Assembly: GCA_963827655.1 (NCBI GenBank)
Contig: CAWHCF010000020.1
Location: 32,001-96,000 of the forward strand
Source of the DNA: an uncultured Acidobacteriota bacterium
Lineage (GTDB): Bacteria > Acidobacteriota > UBA6911
Direction: 5' to 3'
Length of the DNA: 64,000 nucleotides
Shown: piece by piece, positions 41,341 through 52,503 of the stretch
Layout of the letters: each line of letters starts with the position of its first letter
Numbering within the stretch: the stretch's first letter is position 1
The notes under the pieces: model-generated
Database searches by the model: none
The model's input: only the letters and a program-made list of their open reading frames with translations
What the model was told of the DNA's origin: nothing
Translations under genes and position numbers: made by a program

Positions 41341-42270
41341 ATGCAGCACGAACTATCTGTCTCAGGCACGTGGCAAGCGCTTTCCAACGAGTCAGCAGCT
41401 GCCATCGAAAAGGCTGGGCGCGCGGTCGTCGCGGTGCACGCCCGGCGTCGCATCCCTGCGAGCGGAGTCCACTGGCGACCCGGAATCGTGGTAACGGCTG
41501 ACCACAGCCTGGAGCGTGACGATGAGATCGCCGTCACATTACCGGACGGCCGCACGACAGGTGCGGCCTTGGCGGGCCGCGATCCCAGCACGGACCTGGC
41601 AATCCTCAAACTTGAAGCCCCGGCGCTGCCGGTGGCAGAGATCGGCGACATCACAGGTCTGAAGGTCGGGCATTGGGTCCTGGCCGCGGGTCGTACGTCC
41701 GAGGGTGGCTCAAGAGCTAGCCTGGCGCTCGTGGGTGTGGTCGGACCGGCCTGGCGAACCTGGAGGGGCGGGTTGTTGGACCACACGGTGCGCCTCGACC
41801 GCAACCTTCACCCCAACTTTTCGGGTGGGCCCGCAGTGGACGATCAGGGGAGGTTACTCGGAATTAACACGTCCGCACTGTCGAGGTACGCAGCGGTCGT
41901 AATACCTGCTACTACGGTCGAAAGGGTAGCCGCAGAGCTAGAAAGGAAGGGGCATATCGGGCAGGGCTATATCGGCGTCGGCCTGCAACCCGTCCGGCTG
42001 CCTCGCAAGGTTCGCGAAGCGCTGAACCTGGCGAGCGAAACCGGAATCATGATTGTGCGAGTCGAGCCTGACAGCCCGGCCGAGAAGGCAGGCGTGACGC
42101 TGGGAGACGTGCTCGTGGCGCTGAACGGGAGCCCGGTCCGCGACATCGACGACGTGCAAGTCTACCTCGCCGGCGAGCACATCGGCAGGCCGGTGAAAGC
42201 GTCTATCATTCGCGGTGGAATACTGGCGGAAGTTGTCATTGCCGTGGGCGAACGTCCAGCGGCGACTTGA
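41341..42270 (+). CDS. Trypsin-like S1C serine protease with PDZ domain
   Basis: VTADH, DLAILK, FSGGP, LGINT, GYIGVGL, SPAEKAG. Confidence 0.9.
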   Translation: MQHELSVSGTWQALSNESAAAIEKAGRAVVAVHARRRIPASGVHWRPGIVVTADHSLERDDEIAVTLPDGRTTGAALAGRDPSTDLAILKLEAPALPVAEIGDITGLKVGHWVLAAGRTSEGGSRASLALVGVVGPAWRTWRGGLLDHTVRLDRNLHPNFSGGPAVDDQGRLLGINTSALSRYAAVVIPATTVERVAAELERKGHIGQGYIGVGLQPVRLPRKVREALNLASETGIMIVRVEPDSPAEKAGVTLGDVLVALNGSPVRDIDDVQVYLAGEHIGRPVKASIIRGGILAEVVIAVGERPAAT

Positions 42271-42405
42271 GCCGCTTGCTCCGTTCGTGAGCCAGGTTCG
42301 TCCAGGCAGCGCCCGTCAGTTTTTGGCAACTGCCCAGGCAAGATTCGCCCGAAGTCTCCAGAGCAATTCTACGCGATTGCCGGTCCGGCGCTGCCCAGAA
42401 ACACC

Positions 42406-43047
42406 GTGATCAAAGTATTTGTCTGTGCCAACTCAAGCGTTGAACTTGCCGGACTCGAGGCACTCGTCAGGGCGTCTCCCTCTCTGGAACTGGTCGGAAG
42501 CAGCCTGGGAAGAGCCGGCCTGAGTCAGGCATTCGCGGTTACCCAGCCTGATGTGCTACTGGAGCGCTCGGCCCTCGATGACCTGGAAGAATCACGATTT
42601 CCGGACTGGGATGCGAAGACCGTCCCCAGAGTCTTGCTGGTGGCTGAACCTGAATTCACGGCCGCCATAGCCGCAATGCAGGCAGTGGACTCGGCGCTTC
42701 GCGGGATTTTGCCCACCTATACCAGCGAGAGAGAGATTCAAATCGCCATCGAAGCAGTAGCGGAAGGACTGTTCGTTCTCCACCCCGATGTTGCCGAACA
42801 TGCGGTGACAGCCTCGGGCGCGCCCCGCGCATCGACGGCCTCATTCGGGCAACAACTCTCGCCGCGCGAAAGCGAGGTACTTAATTTACTGGCGGCGGGC
42901 CTGGGGAATAAGGAAATCGCCTGGCGGTTAAAGATTTCGGATCACACGGTCAAGTTCCACGTCACATCCATCTTCAACAAGCTGAACGCGTCGAGCCGCG
43001 CCGAAGCCGTCGCGATCGGAGTCCGGCGGGGTCTGATCATCCTGTAG
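42406..43047 (+). CDS. LuxR/NarL-family regulator with degenerate receiver domain
   Basis: LSPRESEVL..LAAGLGNKEIA..L.IS.HTVKFH. Confidence 0.88.
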   Translation: MIKVFVCANSSVELAGLEALVRASPSLELVGSSLGRAGLSQAFAVTQPDVLLERSALDDLEESRFPDWDAKTVPRVLLVAEPEFTAAIAAMQAVDSALRGILPTYTSEREIQIAIEAVAEGLFVLHPDVAEHAVTASGAPRASTASFGQQLSPRESEVLNLLAAGLGNKEIAWRLKISDHTVKFHVTSIFNKLNASSRAEAVAIGVRRGLIIL

Positions 43048-43060
43048 AAAAGAAGTCTCT

Positions 43061-43161
43061 CGATTGCGGATTGCGGTTTGCGGATTTCGGATTTAAGATC
43101 CACTTGACCGAGGGTCGATTTGGATTTGTTGAAAGGTTCCCGAAATCCGAAAAGCCGCAAC
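43061..43161. repeat. ATT(G/T)CGG heptamer inverted arrays
   Basis: cgattgcggattgcggtttgcggatttcggattt...aaatccgaaaagccgcaa. Confidence 0.75.
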
Positions 43162-43165
43162 CGGC

Positions 43166-43999
43166 ATGGACGTCGAGAGATACTTGAAAAAATCGGTGAT
43201 CGAGCTGAGGGAGCGGTTTCTCGATCGGCGCCGAACGGTTCCCGACGGCTTGCTCGAGGCGCTCGAGGCCGATCCGCGCGACGGCGCGCGTCACCTGGCC
43301 GGCCTGATTCGCAAGCGGCGCCTGGAAAACCGCCGCGAGGGGCAACGGCTTCACAACCTGCTTCGGTTTGAGATCGAGTTGTGGTCTCAAGGACTCCAGC
43401 TCATCGCGGGCGTTGACGAAGCCGGCATGGCGCCGCTCGCCGGTCCGGTCGTGGCTGGGGCGGTCATTCTGCCCAGGAGCTACAAGCTCCGCGGCCTGGA
43501 CGACTCCAAGAAGATTCTCGACCCGACACGGCGAGACGACCTGGCAGCGCGGATCAAGCAGGATGCGCTGTGCTGGAGCGTTGCCCGAGCCGAAGTGGAG
43601 GAAATCGATCGGCTCAACATTTACCATGCCGGACTCCTGGCCATGCGGCGCGCCGTCGAGGGGCTCGGCGCCACGCCGGAATTCGTGCTGGTGGACGCGC
43701 GCAAAATTCCTCACTGTTCCTGGCCTCAGCGGGGCATTGTTCATGGCGACGAGCTCTCCGCCAGCATTGCGGCGGCTTCCATCCTGGCTAAAACCACGCG
43801 CGACGCCTACATGCTCGAACTCGACCGGCTCTATGCGGGATACCGATTCGCGTCGCACAAGGGTTATCCGACGCCCGAGCACTGCCGGCTGCTAAGAGAA
43901 CTGGGGCCTCTGCCGGTTCACCGGCGAAGCTTCGCGCGCGTCAGACAATTGCTCGGGCTGGACCCGGTGCAGGCCGAGCTATTCGCACAGGATTCTTAG
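43166..43999 (+). CDS. rnhB: Ribonuclease HII with N-terminal extension
   Basis: [37 protein letters not shown]. Confidence 0.93.
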   Translation: MDVERYLKKSVIELRERFLDRRRTVPDGLLEALEADPRDGARHLAGLIRKRRLENRREGQRLHNLLRFEIELWSQGLQLIAGVDEAGMAPLAGPVVAGAVILPRSYKLRGLDDSKKILDPTRRDDLAARIKQDALCWSVARAEVEEIDRLNIYHAGLLAMRRAVEGLGATPEFVLVDARKIPHCSWPQRGIVHGDELSASIAAASILAKTTRDAYMLELDRLYAGYRFASHKGYPTPEHCRLLRELGPLPVHRRSFARVRQLLGLDPVQAELFAQDS

Positions 44000-44076
44000 C
44001 GTGCCGTGAGCAAACGGGCGACGCGCAGGACCGCCAAGCCGCGAAGACGCGAAGGAGCGCAAGAAACCCGGTTTGC

Positions 44077-45120
44077 GTGATGCGTCTTTTCCGCCTCAGC
44101 ATATTCGCACTGTTGTGGAGCAGCGGAGTTCTTCCCGCCGCTCTACAGGCGGCCGGCGATCCCTTCCTTTTTTTCAGTCCCTCCGTACTGATCACTCCGG
44201 CGGAGCGCCAGCGCCTCGATCAAGGTCGGGTCCTGGTGCGAGTCCTCCCGGGTCAGGAGCGAGAGATCGCGGTGTTTTCCGCGGCGGCGTTCGATCGAGG
44301 CGGCGAAGCGCTGGTTCAGGGTGTTCGCCGCATTGAAGAGCTGAAACGCGGCCCGTACGTCCTTGCCATCGGCCGGTTTTCCGATCCGCCCCGCATCGGC
44401 GATCTGGCCGGGCTCGACCTCGACGAGGAAGACCTGCAGTCAATCCGGGACTGCCGCCTGTCTGATTGCGCAGTCAAGTTAAGCGGCTCCGAGATGGAAC
44501 AGCTTCGACGGGCGGCCGAGCCGGGGACGAACTCGAAGAACAGTCTGCAAGACGCCTTCCGCAGCCTCGTCCTGGAACGTGTCTCGGCCTACAAGGCTCG
44601 AGGCCATGAAGGAATTCCCGGATACCAGGACACGAGAACGACCGTTGACCTCAAGGTAGAGTTCTCGGGTATTGTGCGGAACTCGCCCTACCTGGTCGAG
44701 CGAATGCCGCAGTTGGCAGCCTATCTGGAAGGGTATCCGCGGATGCAGACGCCCGCGCCGGAATCGTTCTTCTACTGGTCGAAGGAGAAAATCGGGCGCA
44801 AGCCGGTGATCAGCGTGACCCACGTCAGCATCATTCGCGGCGAAAACCGCGCCGACCTCCCCGAGGTCCTGGTCGCGGGTAAACAGGTTTTCGCCACGCA
44901 CTACATGAATGGGGCCCTGGCGCTCACCGCGGTGGTGGGTGGACGCGATGGGGCGCCGCGCTACCTCGTCTACCTGAACCGGTCCCGTGTCGACATGCTG
45001 GGCGGATTTCTCGGATGGATCAAACGAAGCATCGTTGAGGAACGCCTGGAGAGCGAAACCGAAAAGATCTTTCAAGCATTACGAGATCGGCTGCGCAGCT
45101 TCGGAGCCGGCGCAAAGTAG
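44077..45120 (+). CDS. Exported hypothetical protein
   Basis: Signal peptide; FFYWSKE...KQVFATHY globular region. Confidence 0.75.
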   Translation: MMRLFRLSIFALLWSSGVLPAALQAAGDPFLFFSPSVLITPAERQRLDQGRVLVRVLPGQEREIAVFSAAAFDRGGEALVQGVRRIEELKRGPYVLAIGRFSDPPRIGDLAGLDLDEEDLQSIRDCRLSDCAVKLSGSEMEQLRRAAEPGTNSKNSLQDAFRSLVLERVSAYKARGHEGIPGYQDTRTTVDLKVEFSGIVRNSPYLVERMPQLAAYLEGYPRMQTPAPESFFYWSKEKIGRKPVISVTHVSIIRGENRADLPEVLVAGKQVFATHYMNGALALTAVVGGRDGAPRYLVYLNRSRVDMLGGFLGWIKRSIVEERLESETEKIFQALRDRLRSFGAGAK

Positions 45121-45234
45121 TGGAACCGGGCGAAGCAAGCTTCGCCAAGACCAAGGCGGTAGCAAGCTCTACACTCCAAGAACGCACGTTGTTATGGCAA
45201 GATAATGAGTCGACGAAACCGCGGAGGACGGAAA

Positions 45235-45369
45235 GTGAAAACCGAATGGCAAGCGAGCTGCGACCGATGCCTCAGAGAAATTGAGGAAAACGAAATAAGG
45301 TATTGCGAACCTTGCGACCTCGATGGTCTCTGCGAAAGCTGCTACAACAGCCATGACTGCAAGGGCTGA
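45235..45369 (+). CDS. 44-aa Cys-rich putative zinc-finger microprotein (not in the ORF track)
   Basis: GGAGG RBS, GTG start, MKTEWQASCDRCLREIEENEIRYCEPCDLDGLCESCYNSHDCKG. Confidence 0.65.
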   Translation: MKTEWQASCDRCLREIEENEIRYCEPCDLDGLCESCYNSHDCKG

Positions 45370-45434
45370 CCGCAGCATCGTACGTCTCGATTAACCGCAG
45401 AGGCTGCCCTGACTCGGTTGATTCGACTACTGCC

Positions 45435-45965
45435 TCAACGGGGAGGTGTCGCGGCCGCCGCTTTTAGTGCTACCACCTCCTTCAACCTTCCCGTCTTCAC
45501 GTCGTAAATGAATCCCCTGACTGGAATATCTCCTGGTATCCAGGGATGCGACTTCACTTTCTGCATCTGCTGGCGCACGTTCGATTCAAGGTCGCCGAAG
45601 GTGTAAAACCGTGCCGGCGACACCGCCGCAGCTCCCGTCGATGTCTGGAGTCTGGCGCGCAGCTCTTCATCTTTGAAAGTCAACATTCCGCAGTCCGTAT
45701 GATTGATGATGAGAAACTCCTGGGTGCCCAGCAGATGATGGGAAATAATCAGGGAACGCAAGGCGTCTTCCGTGACGATCCCTCCCGCATTGCGAATGAT
45801 GTGGGCGTCGCCGGTCTTGAGGCCGAGCGCCTGCTCGACCGTCAGCCTGGCATCCATGCAGGCAACGATTGCCAGCTTGCGAGCCGGCGGCATCGCGAGC
45901 TGGCCCAGAGCGAAACTTCGGGCATAGGTTTCGTTAGACTTGAGGACTTCATCAATAATGCTCAT
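45435..45965 (-). CDS. Beta-class carbonic anhydrase
   Basis: ACMDAR, IRNAGG, HTDCG, GFIYDVKTG. Confidence 0.93.
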   Translation of the reverse strand: MSIIDEVLKSNETYARSFALGQLAMPPARKLAIVACMDARLTVEQALGLKTGDAHIIRNAGGIVTEDALRSLIISHHLLGTQEFLIINHTDCGMLTFKDEELRARLQTSTGAAAVSPARFYTFGDLESNVRQQMQKVKSHPWIPGDIPVRGFIYDVKTGRLKEVVALKAAAATPPR

Positions 45966-46131
45966 GGCCTTACCTCGCAATCAATGGTATTGAACTCAGC
46001 TGTGTTCGAGACTCCCAGCAATTCTTGCCTATCTTAGTGCCGGAGGCGATGAAATCCAGTTTAAAATTTGCGTCAGGCGCCTTTGCGCGTCTAAGGAGAA
46101 CCTATCCAGATATGAGCCGGAAAAGGAATGG

Positions 46132-47094
46132 GTGATCGGGATTGATATCGGCGGTACCCAGATCAAGGCAGGGCTGGTCGACAACCTCGGCAGAATCTTC
46201 GCACGCAGCGCGATCCCGAGTCCCGACACAAGCCTCAACGCGTTCGGGCGGGCAATGACTTCTCTCGTAACCCGGGCGACGTCCAGCGTGCCGCCCAGCG
46301 GCCGAATCACCGGTGTCGGAATTGGATGCAAGGGGATCATCGATCCCGGTACCTCTCGGGTGCGGATTCTGCCCGGCCCGTTCCGGTTTCTCGAGGGCGA
46401 GCGATTGGACCGGTGGGTCGAGCGGGCGGCGGGGTCCGGACTTGCGATCAGGTCGGACAACGACGCCAAGGCGGCCCTCGTGGGCGAGGCGCGCTGGGGC
46501 GTTGCCCGTGGAAAGAGGCATGTGGTGCTCCTCACGCTGGGGTCGGGTGTTGGCGGGGCGATCCTGTCCGATGGCAAATTAGTGCGCGGCAGATCGGACA
46601 TTGCCGGCCACCTCGGTCACGTGACTGTCGACTTCGAAGGGCCAGTCTGCAGTTGCGGCAATCGCGGCTGCCTGGAAGCTATCTTCTCGGCCCGGGCGAT
46701 CGAGGGTGACGCGCTCGCGGCTATCCGCCGCGGATGCGAGACGCGCCTGCGCAAAGCCTTCGCTGAACGACCTGCAGCCTTGACCTGCCTGGATGTTTTT
46801 TCCGCCGCTCGCGCGGGCGACAAGGTGGCGCAGGCAATCGTTCGGCGCGCCGCCTCGGCGCTGGCGGCCACTTTGGCCGGCCTGGCTCACGCGCTCGATC
46901 CCGAGCTGTTTGTCCTTGGCGGTCAGATTGCCGAGACCGGGAGAATTCTCTTCGGTCCCGTTCGGCGAGAGTTCTTCGAGCGCACCGCGCGCCTTTCCGG
47001 CCGCCGCATCCCGATTCGCAAGGCGGCGCTCGGGGCGGAAGCCGGCCTGGCGGGGGCCGCTGCTCTTGCCTGGGAAGCATTGAACCCGGACTAA
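46132..47094 (+). CDS. ROK-family sugar kinase
   Basis: GIDIGGT, DNDA, TLGSGVGG, GHLGH, CSCGNRGCLE. Confidence 0.92.
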   Translation: MIGIDIGGTQIKAGLVDNLGRIFARSAIPSPDTSLNAFGRAMTSLVTRATSSVPPSGRITGVGIGCKGIIDPGTSRVRILPGPFRFLEGERLDRWVERAAGSGLAIRSDNDAKAALVGEARWGVARGKRHVVLLTLGSGVGGAILSDGKLVRGRSDIAGHLGHVTVDFEGPVCSCGNRGCLEAIFSARAIEGDALAAIRRGCETRLRKAFAERPAALTCLDVFSAARAGDKVAQAIVRRAASALAATLAGLAHALDPELFVLGGQIAETGRILFGPVRREFFERTARLSGRRIPIRKAALGAEAGLAGAAALAWEALNPD

Positions 47095-47220
47095 CAGATC
47101 CACCGCCAAGACTCAAAGACAGCAAGAAAGGGATTTCCTCGAAAAACAAAAGTGGCTATGCTGGTTGGACAATGGAACATGTTCCACACACCAGCCGGGT
47201 GGAAAGGAGAAACAGGAATC

Positions 47221-48652
47221 ATGAACAGGCCTTCGAGAAAAGCGCAGAAAGTCGAGCGCCGCGAGTTCCTGAAAGGAATTGCGGCGGCCCCGGCACTCGC
47301 ATCGTTGGGGAGCGGGGTCTGGACCAGGACGGCGCGCGCAGATCGATCGATTCGTGGCTCGAACGATGTGATCCAGGTCGGGGTGATCGGGGTAGGAAAA
47401 CGCGGGCAGGGGCTCATGATCTCCGCCGGCTTTGCTCAGCCGGGCCAGCTCGAAGGGCGCAGGCAGCGCCTCGGCACCGAAGGTCAGCCGCCGCTTGGCA
47501 TCCGGATCTCTGGAATCTGCGATGTCTACGATCCGTATGCCGACTGGGGTGTGACGGCCGCCGGCCAGGGCGCCCGCCGCTATCGGACCCATCAGGAACT
47601 CCTTGCCGACAAGGAGATCGATGCCGTGATCATTGCCACTCCCGACCACTGGCATGCGCCGATGGCCGCGGCCGCCGCGCGCGCGGGAAAGCACGTCTAC
47701 CTGGAAAAATGTTTCACTCATCAGGTGCCGGAAACTTTCGAGCTCCTGCGCGCCGTCAAAGAAAGCAAGGTCATCCTTCAACTCGGTCACCAGCGGCGAA
47801 GCGGTGCGCTGTATTCGATGGCCCGGGACGTCGTGAAGAAAGGCATTCTGGGCAAGGTCACGCTGATTCAGACTTTCTCCAATCGCAACACGGCCAACGG
47901 CGCGTGGGTGTATGCCATCCCTCCGGAAGCCGGGCCCCAAAACATCGACTGGCCGCAGTTTCTTGGGAATGCGCCCAAGAGGAGCTTCGACCTCGACCGG
48001 TTCTTTCGCTGGCGCAAGTACTGGGATTACGGAACGGGATTGCTGGGCGACCTTTTCAGTCATGAATGGGATGGAGTCGACCTGGTGATGGGAGGACTGG
48101 GAATGCCGGCGACGGCGGTGGCCTCCGGCGGGGTCTACTTCTGGAAGGAGAAGCGAGAGGTCCCGGACGTACTCCAGGTGGTCTATGAGTACCCGGAAAA
48201 AGACCTGACCTCTGGTATACAACGCCACTCAGGCGAGCAGCTTTCCGCGCGGCCCGCTCTACATGGGCGCTGAAGCTACGATGGACCTCAGCCGTGGAGT
48301 GCAGGTTTATCCCGATCGTGAATCCCCTCGCTACCAGGAAAAAATCAAGAGTGGTGAAATCCAGCCTGATCGACCGTTCATATCTTCCGGCGGAGCCGCT
48401 TCTCCGACCGAGAGCTTCCTGCGCAGCACCACGGCGTCAGGGGAATCGGTGGATGTAACCTACCTCCACCTGAAGAACTGGGTGGAGTCGATGCGAAACA
48501 ACCAGCCCGCGGCTTGCAACGAAGACATCGGCTGGCGGGAGGCCGTTACAACCCACATGGCGGTCCTCTCCTACAAGTGGGGTTGCCGGGTGCGGTGGGA
48601 TTCGCAAAAGCAGAAAGTGCTGCCCGACGTCGCGGGGAACGTAAAGGCATGA
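47221..48652 (+). CDS. Tat-exported Gfo/Idh/MocA oxidoreductase (frameshift near 48210)
   Basis: RREFLK, GVIGVGKRG, IATPDHWH, GKHVYLEK, WRKYWDYG. Confidence 0.9.
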
Positions 48653-51053
48653 ACTCTCGAATTGCGCTCATACTTCTTCTGTGCGGGCAGCTTCTGGCCG
48701 CCTGCAGCCGTGACCAGACTTCCGAGGTCGAAATAATCCGCGACAGCTGGGGAATTGCCCACGTTTACGGCGGAAGCGACGAGGCCGTCTTCTATGGCGC
48801 GGGTTATGCAACGGCCGAAGACCGCATGTTCCAGATGATGCTTCGCCGGCGGGTCGTCAGCGGGCGGACGGCGGAGATTCTCGGACGCGGGCCTGACGAT
48901 CGCTTCCTCAAGTCGGATCGAAAATTCCGGATTTTCGGAATTAACCGCCGCGCCGTCGAGAGGCTCAAAACGCTGGCCCCGGAAACCCGGAACAATCTCG
49001 CGGCCTATGCCGCCGGAGTGAATGCCTACCTTGACGAGCATCGAGGACGACTCTCTCCTCTGTTCGCCCGCTATGGGGGCGACCCGGAACCCTGGACGGC
49101 CGCCGACTGCCTCGCGATCTGGGATGGTCTCGCCGATCGGTTCAGCATGGGCTGGGTGGAAGAGCTGGCAGCCAAGCGCGATTCGGAACGTCTGGCTGTC
49201 GGCGGAGCGCCGGCGAACCGCCGGGTGCGCCTGGATGATTCGGCGCAGATTGTATCCGAAGAGGAATTCAAGCAGTCGAATCCCGAAGTCTATTCAAGAT
49301 TGAAAACCAGGATGGACGGCCAGAAGCAACGGGCGGAGAGCCGTGCGTTACTGCAGGAACTGAACCTCAGCCACAACTGGGTCGTGTCCGGAACTCGCTC
49401 GACCACCGGAAAACCGATTCTTCAGAGCGATCCCCACTACGGAGTGACGAATCCCGCTTTCTGGTACGAGATCCATCTCAGCGGAGGGCGCTACAACGTT
49501 CGGGGACTGGGAGTCGCCGGAGTTCCCGGGATGTTGATCGGATGGAACGAGCGCTGCGCATGGGGAGCGACGGCGCTCGCCGGAGATACGGCCGATCTGT
49601 TCGAAGAAAAGGTCAATCCGGACAATCCGGATCAGTACTTCTGGAAGGACGCCTGGAATTCATTTGAGCGCCGCAGCGAAACCATCCGAATCAAAGGGGG
49701 GGAAGAGGTTCGTTTCGAGGTGCGGACCAGCCGCCATGGTCCGGTGGTCAACGACCTCCTGAGCGGGTTGAAACCCGGCGAGGTGTTATGCGCTTCATTA
49801 CACTCTCCTGTGGACGCCGACCTCCTCGCTCGAATCGATGCTGGATGTCATGCGGGCCGCCGACTGGTCTTCCGTTCGCAAGGCGCTGGCCGGCTATGCC
49901 GCGCCGCCGCTGCACATGATTTACGCCGATGTCCAGGGAAATATCGGTTACCAGACCGCGACCCTGGTTCCGGCTCGGATGGGCGACACACGGTTCCCCC
50001 GAAAGGGATGGGATGGCGGGGATGAATGGACCATGGTGCCGTTCGAAGAGTTGCCGTCCATGCTCAATCCGCGCGCGGGTCATATCTTCACGGCCAATCA
50101 CCTGGCCGCCGGGTCGTGGTATCCGTACCTGGTCGGGGGCGGACGAGGAGAGGGGCCGCGCAGCTTGCGCCTGAGGGAAATCTTTTCCGAGAATCCCGAG
50201 CGAAAATTTTCCCCCAGAGACTTTGTCACCGCCGTTCACCAGGACGCGGTGAATCCGGTCGTGCGGGATGCGGTTATTCTGGGAAGAAAGGTGGTCGAGG
50301 AGGATGGTGATCGAGATCCACAGATTCGAGAATTGCTCGACAGCCCTGAACGGCTGGGATTTCCGTCTGTCCACGCAATCGGCTGCGTTTCCGTCGGCGC
50401 GCGGGCTGCTGGAAGCGATCGAATCGACGAAGCTCGCGGGCACGCCGCTCGAGGAACGGTATGGCGAGGGCTGGTCGGGCGTCACGGTGATGTTTAAAGC
50501 CATCATGCCTGCTTTCCGCCAGACCGGGCAGACTCCGAGCGATCCCGAGATCCGGCGCTGGCTGAAGAACGCGTTTCGCGAAGGATTCCGCAGGCGCGGC
50601 TACGGCCAGCAACAAACAGAAAACACGGGCTGGATGAAAGCCGAAGCGTCGAAAAACGGCGCGGCGGCCGGCTCGGCCACGGGAGGGCAGCCGCAGCTCG
50701 GCGTCATCCGGCGCATGGCGTATCAGGATGTGGCGGAAGGGTACGGCGCCGAGCGCTTCGGTTCGCTGGCTCCGGAATACGACCTCGATTCGCCGCCGCT
50801 CTGCTGCCCGTTGACCCAGACCATCTGGGCTCAGGAAGGGGGTTCTTACAGCCAGGTCGTCGATCTGAGCGACGTGGATCGCAGCCTGTCGATGCTTCCG
50901 CCCGGGATTTCGGAAAATCCTGCCAGCCCGCACTTCAAGGACCAGATGGATCTCTGGGCCAGGGGCGAGTTTCATCCCGCTCCACTCAGCCGCCCGGGCG
51001 TCGAGGCGATCAAGCGGTCATCGAAACGACTGAGCTACCGCCCCAGCCGTTAG
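48649..51053 (+). CDS. Penicillin acylase (Ntn-hydrolase) family lipoprotein, two frameshifts
   Basis: LLAAC lipobox, IIRDSWGIAH, EDRMFQM, SHNWVVSG..S.TGKP, SRHGP, YAD..GNIG, SPHFKDQ. Confidence 0.9.
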
Positions 51054-51250
51054 AAAGCCCTTGTGAGCGTGAGGGTCAAACAAATACCGCCAGGCCACAA
51101 AGACACGAGGAGGACACGAAGTCTCAGAGTATTCTGCATTTCCTTCGTATATTGCGTCTAGTGGAGTCGCATCTGGTGATATTTGATTTCGCGCTGTTAC
51201 TGCGAGGCCTCGAAGACGCGAAGTGGTCGCTCAGGCCTAGAGGCGCGGAT

Positions 51251-51500
51251 CTAGTCCTTGTACGCACGAATCGTGATCGGATGTAGCCAGAGCATCCGGG
51301 GAAGTCGCCATCGCGGAACGCCACGGCGCGAATTCGTTGAGCAAGCGGAGTGAGATACGCGTGGGCGCCGTTGGGCTCTTCAGATGCCGTTTCAACGAAG
51401 CCGTAGTCAAGCTCGAACATTCTAGATCGAACAGCCAGGAGATATGTTTGGTCGCTTCAGTGCCTTTCGTAACCCGAATTCGAAGGTCCTGCGAAGTGCC
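51251..51500 (-). pseudogene. Decayed RelE-like toxin
   Basis: Fragments in mixed frames: QRIRAVAFRDGDF / MLWLH / DHDS / AYKD*. Confidence 0.45.
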
Positions 51501-51504
51501 GAGG

Positions 51505-51729
51505 CTACCGCCGGCGGCCACGTGCGCGCCTGGCTCGTTTGGCTCGACCCTTCAATAGACCCCCGATGTCGGTTTCCTGAGGCTTTGTCGCCGCAGCCCA
51601 TGTGAGCCCCCGTTCGATTCGGGAACGATGGGGTTCCTCAAGCGTCCAGAGCTGATTCTCAGGCACCATGGAGATCCGGCCGCTTTTGCCGACCGCCTTG
51701 ATCCTGCTCGATCCCATAGGATGTTTCAT
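51505..51729 (-). pseudogene. Internally deleted AbrB-like antitoxin
   Basis: IKAVGKSGRIS joined directly to VPENQLW...IERGLTWA..KPQETDI. Confidence 0.5.
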
Positions 51730-51867
51730 GCTCTCGACTTGCTGCCTGTGGATTCGGGCATTTCTTTAATGCGATGATGCTAATCGTCGGTGCGTAACGT
51801 AAGGTTCTCAGGCTTGGGCAGGTTTCCCACATCGGAGCACATAAGATCCCCATCCCGGCCCGCGCCA

Positions 51868-52248
51868 TCACAATTTCTGAACCCCATCGAGTTTGCCCAT
51901 CTCCCGGTCGAATGTGCCGAGCGGCAGATGACCGGCTTTGCGGGCCACCTCAAGCACAAGACAGTCGGAGAAGCCCAACGCAGGTCGCTTCCGGTAATGC
52001 TTGAGGGCGGCAGCAACCACGTCGGCATCCTGGACGGTCAGATCTTTGTGGTTGAGAAACATCTCAACGGCGATTGCGATCTCGTTCGCCCCAAGCTCAT
52101 AGACCGCACTCAGGACCCAGACCGTCTCCGCCAGGACAATGTGAGAAACCCACGCCCCCGAAGCCACGAAATCTTCCGCCGCCGCAACCTGTTTGGCGTT
52201 GTCGCGCGTCGTAAGGCGGACAAGGACATTGGTGTCAACGGCGCGCAT
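51868..52248 (-). CDS. PIN-domain (VapC) toxin
   Basis: AVDTNVLVR, VLAETVWVL, FSDCL, TFD. Confidence 0.92.
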   Translation of the reverse strand: MRAVDTNVLVRLTTRDNAKQVAAAEDFVASGAWVSHIVLAETVWVLSAVYELGANEIAIAVEMFLNHKDLTVQDADVVAAALKHYRKRPALGFSDCLVLEVARKAGHLPLGTFDREMGKLDGVQKL

Positions 52249-52498
52249 GGCGACCTCTGATGTACTGTCCGACTCCTTTCTTCAAATCCTTAAGAGACCT
52301 CGGCCTGGGAGCGCCCTTCGGGAACAGCGCGCGATGCAAGTCCTCGGATGTGTATCGCCCCGCTCGACGCACCACGATCTTTCCGCCTTCTTCAACCCAC
52401 TCCAGGACGCCTCCCGGACCAACGCCCAGCTTTTTACGGACCTCCGCCGGCACGGAGATCTGACCCTGGACCGTCAACTTCGAATGTGCGAGTGCCAT
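52235..52498 (-). CDS. AbrB/MazE-type antitoxin
   Basis: SKLTVQGQISVPAEVRKKLG; overlaps the PIN gene. Confidence 0.92.
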   Translation of the reverse strand: MALAHSKLTVQGQISVPAEVRKKLGVGPGGVLEWVEEGGKIVVRRAGRYTSEDLHRALFPKGAPRPRSLKDLKKGVGQYIRGRHARR

Positions 52499-52503
52499 GC
52501 TGT

